This document shows positions 25,460 to 39,009 of a stretch of 64,000 nucleotides of DNA, in pieces. The position numbers and the translations under genes are program-made. The stretch is from Squalus acanthias (lineage: Eukaryota). The DNA lies in contig CM059425.1 of assembly GCA_030390025.1 (NCBI GenBank), positions 78,616,001-78,680,000 of the forward strand. Reading direction: 5' to 3'. The notes under the pieces were generated by a model. The model was not told the DNA's origin and made no database searches. It was given only the letters and a program-made list of their open reading frames with translations. Within the stretch, counting starts at the first letter, position 1. The number at the start of each line of letters is the position of its first letter.

Positions 25460-26199
25460 GGGGGAAAAATTCAGTATCGCCCATTTTGGGACGCTAATAT
25501 TGGCCGGGCGCAAAGTTTAGTGCCCGGCGCTAATTATCGCCTCCGACTGCTAAATTCGCCTCTATCGCCCCTGGAGGTGATTTGAGCGCTAAATCAGGCA
25601 CTACACACCTCTCTCAAGGTGAAGCTCGGGCGATGCCAATTACCATGGAAGCCAGACAGACTGGCGCCGTCCAGTTCTTAAAGGGGAGGGGCCATCTTGC
25701 TGGCCAGCCACTCCCTGCTCATTGCAGCCTTGAATCTCGGTCTGGAGAGACCTCAAAAGCAATTGTGTTGGAAGCACTAATGGATAGGCCCAGGGAAAGA
25801 GCTTGGCGCTTAGGAACCGCAAAAGTGGTGCTGAGGGCCAAAACTCCTTAGGACAGCGATAAAACCAAAAATTTTGCCGACAAGAAAAGGCAGGAAGTAC
25901 TCGCCTTTAAATAGCGCTCCCCCAGCCCCTTCCTGACTTGAAAACGTTCCCCTCTACCTGTTGTTCCTAGCGGCAGGCACTAAGGCAGGGGGCGCTACCG
26001 GGGCGTTGCACGCTTGACTGACGTCACGATCTGCGAGTGCAGGAGATCATGGCGGTAGTGTTTAGCGCTGCTGCTAAATGACTGGTCAATTTCGCGAGCG
26101 GCGCTAAAATTGCCATGCTCGGGCGCTAAGTTCCTAGAGCCCCGTTGGCGCCCCCCGGAGATGCTAACGGGAGGCGCTAACCAAACGAATGTTTCCTCC
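25460..26199. mobile_element. Harbinger-type MITE
   Basis: TIRs GGGGGAAAAATTC / GAATGTTTCCTCC, TSD ATA, repeated TAGCGC/GCGCTAA motifs. Confidence 0.75.
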
Positions 26200-27359
26200 A
26201 TACTGTTGAAAATGTGTGCCGTTAGCTTAATTGATTTATGTTGGAAGGTAGCTCATGAAAATGATTACTGAAAATGATGGAAATACAGAGCAGGTTACAA
26301 AGTTTTGGGTTAGTATTCTTCATTAGACTGAAGCGTACCAAATATTTTATGAAGGGTATGTTCCCAAAACGCCATAACCTGACTTTTCTCTTTACAAATG
26401 CTGACCGACTTCTATTTCCAGCATTTTCTGCTTCTATTTGAGATTTCCTACATTTGCAGTTTTTCCCTTTATTTCATTAAGATGATTATTGGCAGAAGTG
26501 GTAGTGAAAATGAGATGTTGGATGAAAAAAGTAGTAATTTTATTAATGATTGATTCTCTCTGTTCTGCAAAAATACATAGTTTGCATTTTTATTAATTGG
26601 ACAAGGATTATTTTGGGATTTATATCAATACCAGCCCAAAATGATAAAAATATACACATTTTGATGGTGTATGTGTGCAGGGGAAGGGGGAATCCTCGAC
26701 TTCATTCTTTTCCTTCAGGGGGTTCCTGAGTAGCAAATTGTTGAAACTCCCCTGTTTTAGAATAACTGGTCAACAGAGCGGTAGGAAAAATTAGGAGTGA
26801 AACCCATCAGACACAATCGGGGTATAACTCCATCTTCATTTATATACTCAAAGATTCTTATAAACACAAGACTGTTTCTGGATTTAAAGTGTTGATATTG
26901 AAAATCAGATCAAGTTCAGGTCAATGAATGAACTACATACAGGTGAGGAAGCAAAGTTGGAAAATAATTTTTTAAAATATTTGAATTTGAAAATATTTCC
27001 TAAATGATGAACATCTAAATTAGTACGGTTCCTGAGAAAGCCTTGTTGACAATAAACTAAAGCAAAGTCTCTCTCCTTGTTGTTTGCAAATGTTGACCAT
27101 AAGTGATGAGCCCTTGTAAGGAGGGCCTTCTTGTGAAAACATATAAAGATAGCCTTTCTGGTCAGCAGGGGTCAACCCCAGATCCAGACACTGAGACAAT
27201 AGACAATGTTCTACAATATATACAAAGGTTGAAGGTTTCAATAAGTGGAATTGGAAAGAAAGTATTCTAACTTTAAAGAGTAAATAAATTATTGATAAGT
27301 CAAATTACCTGAGTTTTTCTTTATCTTGGGATGTAAGAGAGGCAGTTTTACTTTTCCTT

Positions 27360-29112
27360 GAATAGCCCCCTCCTCAATGATGGTGGAGCCCAGTACGTGA
27401 GTGCAAAAGACAAGGTTGAAGCATTTGCAACCTTCTTCAGCCAGAAGTGCTGAGTGGATGATCCATATCGGCCTACTCCCAAGGTCCCCACCATCACAGA
27501 AGCCAGTCTTCAGCCAATTCGATTCACTCCACGTGATATCAAGAAATGGCTGAGCGCACTGGATACAGCAAAGGCTACGGGCCCCGACAATATCCCTGCT
27601 ATCGTGCTGAAGACTTGTGCTCCAGAACTAGCCGTGCCTCTAGCCAAGCTTTTCAAGTACAGCTACAACACTGGCATCTACCAGACAATGTGGAAAACTG
27701 CCCAGGTATGTCCTGTCCACAAAAAGCAGGACAAATCCAAACCGGCAAATTACCATCCCATCAGTCTATTCTGTCATCAGCAAAGTGATGGAAGGTGTAG
27801 TCGACAGTGCTATCAAGCAGCACTTACTCACCAATAACCTGCTTACCGATGCTCAGTTTGGGTTCCGCCAGGACCACTTGGCTCCAGACCTCATTACAGC
27901 CTTGGTCCAAACATGGACAAAGAGCTGAATTCCAGAGGTGAGGTGAGAGTGACTGCCCTTGACATCAAGGCAGCATTTGACCGAGTGTGGCATCAAGGAG
28001 CCCCAGTAAAATTAAAGTAATTGGAAATCAGGAGCAAAACTCTCCACTGGCTGGAGTCATACCTAGCACAAAGGAAGATGGTTGTGCTTGTTGGAGGCCA
28101 ATCATCTCAGCCCCAGGACCGCTGCAGGAGTTCCTCAGGGCAGTGTCCTAGGCCCGACCATCTTCAGCTGCTTCATCAATGACCTTCCCTCCATCAAATG
28201 TGGATGTTCGCTGATGATTGCACAGTGTTCAGTTCCATTCGCATCTCCTCAGATAATGAAGCTGTCTATTCCCGCATGCAGCAGGACCTGAACGACATTC
28301 AGACCTGGGCTGATAAGTGGCAAGTAACATTCGCGCCACACAAGTGTCAGGCAATGACTATCTTCAACAAGAGAGCGTCTAGCCACCACCCCTTGACATT
28401 CAACGGCATCATCATCGCCGAATTCCCCCAACATCAACATCCTGGGGGTCACCATTGACCAGAAACTGAACTGGACCAGCCACATAAAAACTGTGGCTAC
28501 AAGAGCAGGTCAGAGGCTAGGTATTCTGTGGCGAGTGTCTCACCCCCTGACTCCCCAAAGCCTTTCCACCATCTACAAGGCACAAGTCAGGAGTGTGATG
28601 GAATGCTTTCCACTTGCTTGGATGAGTGCAGCTCCAACAACACTTAAGAAGCTCGACACCATCCAGCAGAAAGCAGCCCGCTTGATTGGCACCCCATCCA
28701 CCACCTTAAACATTCACTCCCTCTACCACCAGCGCACCGTGGCTGCAGTGTGTACCATCTACAAGATGCACTACAGCAACTCGCCAAGGCTTCTTTGTCA
28801 GCACTTCCCAAACCCGCAACCTCTACCACCTAGAAGGACAAGGGCAGCAGGCGCATGGGAATACCATCACCTCCAAGTTTCTTTCCAAGTCACACACCAT
28901 CCTGACTTGGAAGTATATCGCCAATCCTTCATCGTCGCTGGGTCAAAATCCTGGAACTCCCTCCCTAACAGCACTGTGGGAGTACCTTCACCACGCGGAC
29001 TGCAGCGGTTCAAGAAGGCGGCTCACCACCACCTTCTCGAGGGCAAATAGGGATGGGCAATAAATGCTGACCTTGCCAGCGACGCCCACATCCCAGGAAC
29101 GAATAAAAAAAA
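27360..29112 (+). mobile_element. 5'-truncated LINE (CR1/L2-group RT; tRNA-headed family)
   Basis: KATGPDNIP, GVPQGSVLGPTIFSCFINDLP and MFADDCTV, with a short 3' UTR and A-rich end. Confidence 0.92.
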
Positions 29113-30809
29113 TCTTTTAAGATTTTTATTCAAACCAATCCAGAAGAACATACTGCAGTTTGCTTTTAGAAGTTGAAGGTATTCAGCTCAGTTCAGAGAA
29201 AAGTTTTGCAGCTATGATAAATTAACTTAGTCACACTAGTTCTCAAAGTATAAAGTATAGACTAACAGTTAAAAAGAAACTGAGAAGTTGCCTGATGAAC
29301 CAGGAAGGAAGGACGATTGTAAAAGACTCACAGAAGGAATATCCGTGCACACGTTGCAGAAAAGAAGGAGGATTCAATTTTGACTTATTGTATGACGTTA
29401 ACTGGAGTGAAGAGGTTGTAACCCTGTCTATTAGAACGATCTAGTTAAATAGAGAATTTATAACCAAGAATGTTATGTTGCTATACAAGCTGAAAAGAAT
29501 GCCCTTAAGAGTCAGCTTTCAGGGTATGCGTGAAGGCTCGCCCACCAGGCGTGCACATCAGGCAATTGCAGGCACGCTGGCCACAATTTCTCATCCATAA
29601 TGAACAGAAAAATGTTGGGCAACATGCCCATAGTTTCCTGATGTGCGTGACCGGCGGCAAGGCTCCCTACTGGCAGCATGTATTCAAAAATGGCTGTGCA
29701 GTGCAGCTCTCAAAACGCAATGATGAACTGAGGATATTAATATAAATTGAACCCAGTTAAGGCTGTGTTACTATAATGCTGAAATAAATGATACCATTTT
29801 GTGAATCATGTTTATGCTATAACAAACAGTTGTAGCTGTTCTAATTGTCATGCTGAGAGTCAAATTATTCTTGTATGTTTAGAGTACTGAATAAATAGTG
29901 TTAGGAACGCAACTCTGCATCAGTATTCATTTCTTCCTAATATTGATAAGCCAAGAGTTAACTGCTTTTCAACCAATGCTGCACTTTACCCAGGCTATTG
30001 GCAGAATAATTTTGGTTTAAAGCATATTATTCAGGTTGATTTAATGCAAGATAGCTTAAGGGAGCTGAATATAATATCGTAAGTTAAACCTAAACACACA
30101 CTAATCATTCCTACAGCAGTGCAACAAGCTAATTAAAACAGGAGGATCTACTTTAGGGTATATTGCAATTTTAACATTGCTGCCAAGCGGTTTCCACTGA
30201 AGTTGTGGTATATCTCTGTAGTCGGCTTCCGACATGACTCTTGGGGGGGGGGGGGGGGGGAGTGGTGTGAGACCCCCTGGAGGAGACAGTTTTACACCGG
30301 TTGGGTTTGATCCCACACAGGGTACATTGGCAACTGGGTGCCATGCCACCTTTCCAAAGTGTTCACTGAACCTCCTGGGCACTGTTCTAAACCACCAAGA
30401 GATTATTTGAACATACTGAGATTATCGATGCTCCCGCGAATGTTCCCAATACACTGAAATTGTAACAGCTCGGAGTGGAGCTCTTTCCATGAGCTGTCTC
30501 CTAAATTTGACATTTCTAATTACAGCCAGGAAATATAAACAAGGGGCTGCAAGTGGATACTGCAGCTGCAGATGAAATTGGTAGCGATAGTGAGGCTGTC
30601 CTCTTAGACCATGGTTATCACTGTTGCTGGTGACGGAAAATCTAAAGAACAAAGTGTGTGACTTTTGTCACAATGGTGGGACATGCCGATGAAACTGAGA
30701 TTTTCATGAATTATCTATGTGTTTCTATGTGAATGATTTAGATCAAGTTTTCAGGTTCCCTCTCCTAACTCTCCCTTCATGGCTCAGCACCAATTATTTA
30801 ATCTGTTTT

Positions 30810-31316
30810 AAATAAAAAGAGAAACTGCTGGAAATACTCAGCAGATCAGGCAGCTTCTGTGGAGAGGGAAACAGAGTTCATGTTTCAGGTCGATGACCTT
30901 TTGTCAGAACTGGAAGAAGTTGTAGATTTAACGGTTTTTAAGGAAGTACAGAGCCAGGAAAAGATGGAGGTGGGGAGGGGGGGAAGGGGAGGAAAGAACT
31001 TAAAGAGAAGATCCGTGATAGGGTGCAAGGCAGGAGAGAGTAAATGACAAAAGGGATGGTGGTGCAAGGCAAAAGTGGGTGGTAATGGGACAAGAAAAGA
31101 AACAAAAGATGGGTCGAGAGGAGCTGTAAATGGCAACAGCAGAACCATTACCAGCACCTGCTGTGCAAAATAATGGGAGCAGCGGTTCTGATCTGAAATC
31201 ACAGACCTTCTCTTTTGCTCGTTACTCCCCCCGACCCCTGCCGCCCCTTTTCCCTGACAATGTACTTGTTTAAAAACTGTTAAATCTCCAACTTCTTCCA
31301 GTTCTGACAAAAGGTA
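30810..31316. mobile_element. Penelope-like terminal repeats in inverted arrangement, with a decayed hammerhead motif
   Basis: 30896-30950 is inverted at 31260-31315. The minus strand at about 30873-30912 reads CTGACAA-AAGGTC ATC GACCT-GAAAC. Confidence 0.65.
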
Positions 31317-31713
31317 ATTTTCATAATATATGCTTGCTAATTACTGTGATAATAGATGGTGATAATATAATCTGTCCAAAAATCCTCACGTAATAGCTCC
31401 TGTTAATAGATGGGTACATCATGTGACTTTGGGACTGATTCCTGCAGTGAACCAAGGAGAGTTAATGCAGGCACCAGTATAAGTAAGTGATTTCTTGCCT
31501 TGCCGGGGTGCAGTTATCTAATATTAAATTAAACATTTTTTAACAAGATACTCGAGGCCTTTTAAAGGTTCCTTAGTGTTTTAAAAAATTCAATGCTACA
31601 ATGGTTGACAATAGAATATTTTGTAAAATACTGATGTAATTACCGATTTATAGATCAGCATATTGAACTACGTTATCTGTTTAACAACAGGTGTCATAAT
31701 ACAAAATAATATT

Positions 31714-32365
31714 GGGCTAGAATTTCCTGTAGCAGGGCATCTAACAGCATCTGCCGTTAGTTAGACTTCCCTTCAACTCAAAACATTTTTGCCCACAAAT
31801 TTTGCTGAAAGTGGGAGCTGATAATGGAGCAGCGAGGGAAACAGAGCACCTGGGACCTGAGTGAACAGGGCAACCAATAGGGTATCTCTTTAACCAATCA
31901 GGTTGAAGGATTGGGAAATAAACACTGGCAGGACAGAGAAAGAGGGTAAATTAAAGGAGGATAAATTCAATGTCAAATCAGGTCTAGAAAGAGAAATAAC
32001 GAGAGGGGAAGAAAGATTGGATTAAGGAAAAGAGAAAAAAGAGACAGAAAGGATAAATCAGAGCAAATATATTTAATTTAAAATTTGAAATTTTTAAAAT
32101 CTCCCTGAAATATTCAAAACCTGAAGGATGATATTTCACACTTGTAATAATTTTCGGTGCCAGAGAGGTTGGCGGTAATTGACACTTATCACAGTCATTT
32201 AAAGGGCACTTACTCTTGTAATGACAAGACTTAACTTTCTGTGGCGAGTTTAATGGGTAATTAATGGCCAAATACAGCAAGTTCCTAAAAAAAAAAATGG
32301 GGTGGCTAGCGGCGAGATGCTGTATTCGCGAAGCTGACAGCGGAGCGGCGCAACTTGGACAAGAT
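31714..32365. mobile_element. Harbinger-type MITE (one end decayed)
   Basis: Starts GGGCTAGAATTTCC. The interior is homologous to 55935-56105 plus 58158-58400. Confidence 0.6.
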
Positions 32366-33143
32366 TAAAATGAGTGCAGTTTGTTCAGGCAGTGACCACA
32401 ATGGGCGAAAAGAGGCTTTGCCGCATCCTCATATTATTTTTGACCATCCACCATAGTTTCGTCCAACATGACAGTTTTAGAATTTGCTGTATTTGCTAAA
32501 GTAAAACAATAATCCATGTAAAAAGCTGGATAGTACTATTGATACAGTGTGCGCACATGTGTTTATTTATGTCAGGAAGAACTGAGTAATGCAGTGACTT
32601 ATAGCACTGACATTTCATCTGTTGAGGCCTGAATATGAATACATTTCCAGTCAGCTAAATGACAATCTGCTTTCTCTCACACCTATTATTAGTGTCTTAA
32701 ATGCAATGAATTCTGAATAGCTTAAGTGAGTTCCAAGTGGACATGAGTCTATGGCAGAAAGCTGACAATTATTTGGCACTAATTCAGAAATGTTGTTTAG
32801 GGAGGAAATAGCGACTGATGAGCAGTGAAGGGAAAATGCCAAGTTGATGCAGCAAAGTGTGCCACTTTCAAGCAAAGGTTTGGCCTCTATGGGCCTGATT
32901 TTTAATAAAGGCACTGTATTTGCACAACTTAAGCTTACATTCACTGCATGAGCATCAATGTACCATTGGCCTCTTTTGAATCTTTTGCACTGAAATCCAT
33001 GATAGTGTCCTTGTGTACTATCTGTATGCGTGGGCACATCATTCAATTGCCCTGTTGTCTGTTATTTTCAAGCAATGTTTGCTTTTAATGTTATGTAGTC
33101 TTTGATGAAAAAATTACCATTATATTGCATAGGATGAATTTAT

Positions 33144-33511
33144 TGGCCCGGTCAATGGCAAGGCAAAGGCATTCGCTGCTGGCCCCGACGAAAACTGCCC
33201 ACAGAGATCTCGCGAACCCCAGTTACACCTAATCCAACAAGGCTTAACATTTAATGGGGTACTTAACAGCGATAGTACTGCGGAAAAGCCCAAGTTTTCG
33301 TCAGTTTCACTGATTGCCGGCTATGGGGGGATGGGGGTGGGGGGGAAGACACAGCGCAGCCAGTGTCAGAGCAGTGAATGACCGACCGCAACTTCAGGAT
33401 TTCCGCGTTTAGATGCGCATGCGCTACATCCTGAAGTTGCGTTCAGTTTCAAAGGGGTTATAGCAGCGAATGCTGTTAATTTGCCGTTATTACCCACCGC
33501 TAATTCCGGCG
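33144..33511. mobile_element. Short Harbinger-type MITE remnant
   Basis: Homologous to 35100-35363 and 62440-62730, with an internal hairpin at 33387-33441. Confidence 0.6.
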
Positions 33512-33589
33512 CACTGGGTTTTCACTGCAAAAAGAAACACACATTTACAATGCAGAGATGTAGGACATATAATACAACAACACAGAGCT

Positions 33590-33920
33590 GTAAGAACATA
33601 AGAATAAAAGAAATAGAAGCAGGAGTAGGCCATACGGCCCATCGAGCCTGCTCTGCCATTCAATAAGATCAACTCCACTTTCCCGCCCTATCCCCATATC
33701 CCTTGATTCCCTTAGTGCCCAAAAATCTATTGATCTCAGTCTTGAATATTCTTATTGACTAAGCATCCACTGCCCTCTGGGGTAGAGAATTCCAAAGATT
33801 CACAACCCTCTGAGTGAAGAAATGCCTCCTCATCTCAGTCCTAATTGGCCGACATCTTATCCTGAGACTGTGACCCCTAGTTCTAGACTCTCCAGCCAGG
33901 GGAACTAACCCCTCAGCATC
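33590..33920 (-). mobile_element. CR1 LINE 3' end
   Basis: Encodes RTRGHSLRI...FFTQRVVNLWNSLP and has a TAAGAACA tail. Confidence 0.85.
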
Positions 33921-34606
33921 GAGCAGTAGACAGGTATTTGAGAGAAAAAGGAACAGACCATTTGGAATGTGTGGGGGGAAAAAAAAAGCAAGATTGTGTC
34001 TGTGTGAGAGAGAGAGCGAGATGGGGTTAAATAGAACAGTTTTAGACAAATTAGAATGCATGAATTTTGCAACTGCTACTGTTCACTGCAATTGCATTAC
34101 TTAAATGTTCATTTTGTCTAAAGGAAGTAGCTTGTGTCAAAATCCAAGTGATACGGATAAAGTTTGCAGCAAAGAATACTGTTTAATAGATAAAAGTCTC
34201 CTCCAAACAATGCATACAACTCGCATTGACTGGTGACTTTTCTATTGGATCATTTCCAGCCAGTGACAAATGGATCACAAAATGTCACATCAGGTAAAGA
34301 ATTAAGATTAAACATTAACTAAACACTGTAATATATTTGTCAGCTTGATGATCGGGGGCAGTTTGGATTTGAACCCCTCAATCTCATAACTGGACTTTAG
34401 GTTCTGGTTTGCGATAGGAGATTGAAATTCTAACTGCCCAATTGGACAATCAGTAGCATATTTGATTATTAGAGAGGCAGCAAAAATTACAGATTAATCA
34501 GTGCAAATTCAGTAACTGCAACTTTTTTTTCTTGCTACATTTCTATATCAGACTTGTATTTGGCAAACAGCTGCTTCATGTTGCTTGCTTTTTAGCTCAG
34601 AATAAT

Positions 34607-35363
34607 GGCCCGGATTTTGCTGTCAGTGGTGAAGCGATGGCGCTCGCCACTGACCTCAAAGAAAGCTGCCCGCAAAGATCTAGCGATCTCTGTGGCATGG
34701 ATTTCACCTTTCCCGATGTTAATTTCATTCTGGCGTCACCTATAGGGGATCTCCAGCGTCCAGAAACAGTGATGTCATCAAGCAGGCTAAGCAGCCAATC
34801 ACATTAAAGAATTCTCACAGACAGCAAACCAGGCAGTAAAAGGCAGTTTTTATCATTCACATTTTAAAACTTTAACAGAAAGCAAAATAAAGATAGGGAC
34901 ATACACATGGGATTAAGGTAGAAGCTGAAATATCATAAACAATCTTTAAAAAAAATATTTTTTATTATTTTAAAAATCATGGAATTTTTATCATGTATTG
35001 CAGGAAATGAGACTCCACATATAAAATGAGTTTTTCAGGGTCAGAGAGGAGTAATTATGACTTAGTACACCGTTAAAATTTCTGTTACACCTCAATAAAC
35101 AAGGCGTAACTTTTTAAAGGGTTTTACAGCGAGAATAGAGCGTGAAAAGCTGAAGTTCACGTCAATTCACTGATTGTGTTGATTGCATCTGCAAGGACTG
35201 CAACAGCGCACTCCGTGGAGGAGCAGGGTCTCACTGAAAGAAACTTCAGGATTTTCTACGTTTAACTGTGCATGTGCGAACTCCAGAAGTTGCTGTCAGT
35301 TTTACAGAGTAATGACAGTGAATGCTGACAGTTTCGCCGTCATTACAACCGCAAATTGGGGCC
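34607..35363. mobile_element. Harbinger-type MITE
   Basis: TIRs GGCCCGGATTTTGC / GCAAATTGGGGCC, TSD AAT. Confidence 0.8.
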
Positions 35364-35429
35364 AATGAATCTTTCGTGAAATTGAAATTTGAAGAAATGT
35401 GTGATATCAGTTTGAAATTAAAAGACCTA

Positions 35430-37172
35430 GGGCTGAATTTTGCCGGTGCTCAGAGTATGGGTTTGGAGGCTGGTCTGCTGTCAAAATCGAAATGAGTGAT
35501 GGCGGGTTGGGAACCCGCTGCGAACCCGCCTCCATGTAAGTTTCCAAAGTCTTCGATTTCATAACATACCCGACAACAAGCAGCAGGGGAGGCATTTAAG
35601 ATACTTAACTGCTTGTTAACTACTATTTTGCCAGCCTTTTACTATTTTACCATATTTTGAATGGGGTTCACGTCGTTCAGAGATCACGTCAAGTAAGTAC
35701 GTCGGGTTCTCTATGTCTCCCCAATTGCTGTGAATAGGTGACAGCTGCAAAAGTGGTATGAAAGCTGCCATTTCACAACTGGTCACTTTCCAATGTCAGA
35801 AGCTTGAGCCTTCCGGACTTGGAAGACACTTTTGAGCTGTATGCAGTTTGGAAGTGTTTGGACTAAACTCTCTATCCACTGTCACCTCCTTGGAGCAAGC
35901 TCTCTCACCATTGACAGATCACTTCTGTCATCTCAACTTCAGCTGCCATCTATTCCAGCAACATCGATGCCCTTGAAAAAATCTCACCTTGGTCCTCTGA
36001 ATCCCTCCACGATCAGCCCCAAAACCAACATCACCAGGCCTACCAACAACAATACCAACCTTCTCCGCAATCACCTGATGCTGCACAGGACACAGGACAT
36101 CAGCACCTGACAACATTGCTGCCCGGGAGGCCAGCAATGGCATCACCATGGCCAGATTTACTTCACTTGACGCTGTACACCCTGGCTGCCACATGATGCG
36201 CCAGGTTAACACCACCCCACCATAAAGCATTCCTACAATGACCAAGGCATTCCTTTCATACTCATCACCATTGCGGGGATACCGTCATGTCTCACCATTC
36301 ACTGCAACTCACTAAGACACTTCCAAAGGTGCGCACAGATCTGTACAATAAGACAAAGTGTGCAAAATAAAGATTTCAATATTTGACAACTCATTAACAG
36401 AAAATTTACGTGAACATTGCATAAAACACCCAAGTGCCTACCCTTGTGTGTTGTTAGTTGGTATGATTGCACTAGGATGAGGGTGAGTGTGAGGGATGGC
36501 TAGTGAGATGGGGAAGTGATAATATAGATAGAGAGGAATGGGTGGACGTGCAAGGTAAGTTGGTATGAGTAAGGATGTACAGGAGTAGGGTAGGGACGGC
36601 AGAGTGATGGGGTTGTGATGAGTGGCACAGCAAGATGAGGTTGAGTGTGGCTTTGCAGTAACGTTTCATGATCTACTGAGATCATTGAAAGGTTTGCGCC
36701 ACCGCAGCCTGGTCCTCCTGACGACATCCCTGCTTGTGTCCTCCTGTGCAATGTGCAACCAGGCTGCATTGGTCTCCTGGGGAGGTCACTTCCGTCCTTG
36801 GAAGGGAAGAGAACCTCCCTGCGTGCTGTGACTCCCTCCATAAGCATATGGAGGGAGTCATGCGAGAGCCTGGGTGCAGCCGTGCACCTTTGTGCAGAGC
36901 TTGTCAGTGTTTGCAGCACCTCAAAGCTGCAGAACACTGACAGCACAACTGTCAAAATGAATGCGGCCATGGTCCCTTTAAGGAAACTGGCTGATGACGC
37001 GGCATCATCAGGCCCACTTCCTTTAATTGGCCGGGAACCTCGCAAGGTGAGGCTTAACAAGCCCTATTAACGGAAAATCCTTTTTGCAGACTGGCTGCAG
37101 CCGGGAGCGGGACCGGAACCCGCCAACCACCTCTCCCGCCGTGATCCCGCCTCCGCTGGCGAAATCGCGGCC
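35430..37172. mobile_element. Internally deleted Harbinger related to 19469-23657, opposite orientation
   Basis: TIRs GGGCTGAATTTTGCC / GGCGAAATCGCGGCC, TSD CTA. Retains the first Myb-like exon (minus, about 36650-36900, RLSHDSLHMLMEGVTARREVLFP) and the transposase N-terminus (plus, about 35950-36130). Confidence 0.85.
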
Positions 37173-37559
37173 CTAGTTTCTGGCTGGTGCCAACGGTCCT
37201 ATGGTGTGATTTTCTGGTTGAGTAATGACCAGATAATCTGTTTTTGGCGGTGTTGATTGAGGGAGGTTTTGAACTTTAACCTACCTTAGACTTCTCTTTT
37301 TCCAGACCCAGATTTGGAGACATGTAAGAGCTTAAAGTTGCAGGGCCTTCCTTCGTTGCAGGTTTGTTTGCTCCTATTATTCACTGCTTTGTTTTGGAAG
37401 AAGAGTAGCAGTGTTGAGATGTTAAGATGTTGAAGTTAGAAGTGCACATTGAAACAACCAAGTGCCCACCCTGCAACCCAACCTGTGTGCAAATAAACAT
37501 GCATCATGCAGGTTCTGTTGCAACCTTCCTTTGTGGTTTACCTAGTAAGTAGCGGCATG

Positions 37560-38038
37560 TCATTACAGGCCTCCTCCCCTGATTAAAGGGGAGGGGCCTA
37601 GCGCTACTGCACGGACCGTGGCCATGCTAGACCACTGGAGAGCGGGGTGCTGTGAAAACAGCCCGGCACTCAAGAGGAGTGATCGCGGCCGGCACCCCGA
37701 GGAAAAAAAGGGGAAGGGGGCAGGTGCTGGCAGTCGGCCAAAACCTACCCCTTTTACTTGCACCGCCGCCGCTGCAAAAACGCCCCCTGACCCTGTCGGA
37801 CATATTGTCCGGCGATAGGTCAGGGGCGCAAGGGAAGCTTGCGGCCGGGGTGCTGCGCACGGCGATGACGTCATCGCCGGCAGCACAGTGCCACGGGGCG
37901 CTACTGCCACCGCTAACCTCCCGCTGAATTTCACGGGAGGCATTAGGGACGCTGTGCCCAGGCACTAGGGGATTTGTGGCCCGTTAGCGCCTCCCAGGGG
38001 TGCTAATGAGAAGCGCAAATCAACCCAACTTTTCCCCC
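37560..38038. mobile_element. Harbinger-type MITE arm related to 25460-26199
   Basis: The end CCGTTAGCGCCTCCCAGGGGTGCTAATGAGAAGCGC...TTTTCCCCC parallels 26140-26199. The other end is not evident. Confidence 0.6.
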
Positions 38039-39009
38039 TATGCCTTTAACAATCAGCAAATATTCATCACTACTTCATTTCCAAAGTTTCTGGCTAAACT
38101 CTGTAAATGTGACTGTGCCCAATTATAAGAGCAGAAATTAAGAAAGAGCTTGCTGAAATAAATGATTTTAAAAAACATTTTGTGTGAAGTTGCACTAAAT
38201 TTTCTTTCACTGTTTGCTTTCCTTCAGTTTTAAAATAAACAACAGAATTGAATTTCAACTTTGCTCACAGGTGTGGCAGCATTGTGGTTACACAAGGTGT
38301 GCAAACCTTAATCCTGTCTCTGATGATTACTTCATGTTGCCCACGAATTGGCTTTCATCCCTCTAATTTTGTTGCCATAGTGAGAGCACTCCTTCTCATT
38401 TGGTTGCTGTGTTCAAAGTCCAATTAACTTGGCAAAATTTACTTTCTTGATTAACTTTGTTTTTTCCTCTCCAACATCTACTAACCTGTGCGGCTTTTGA
38501 ATTAATCTTGTGCACGTAATTTCAGTGCTCATTTCGGGGAGATGTACTGAGTTGCAAAGAGCAATAAGTGCAGTCACAAAATAACAGTTGCTGCTGCCAT
38601 TTTTTGTGACAGTTTTTTAGAACTTTGTCCTTGCATGTAAAATAGAAGCATTTTTAAAACCAAACACAATATGTGTTATAAGTAGGACAATTTCATTACT
38701 ACCTGTGAAGGTGAGTATAACTTACTCCAGAGGTTCCCAAATTGTTGTGCACAATAAGGATATCGGTAGGGTGGGGGGAGCACGAGGCACACTGGCTGGT
38801 TGAAACTGTACCAGAATTCCTCTTTATTTTCATTGAGGCTTGTCAAATTCCAGTACCTGAGAGATTTTCAACATAGAAATGGTTATTCTCTGGATAATGT
38901 TCAGCTTTAGATGGAAATCACTTTTAATTTATTTTGGTGTTAATGTTTATTATCAATATGATTCTGTGAGCAGATGCATGTAGTGTGATTCTGTGTGTTT
39001 AGAAACAGA

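Noticed and set aside
26385-26470. Third Penelope-like terminal fragment as a ribozyme
   Set aside because: Short and decayed, with no hammerhead core visible.
37563-37965. CpG island or GC-rich gene
   Set aside because: It is a MITE arm homologous to 25460-26199, and the ORFs reflect GC content.
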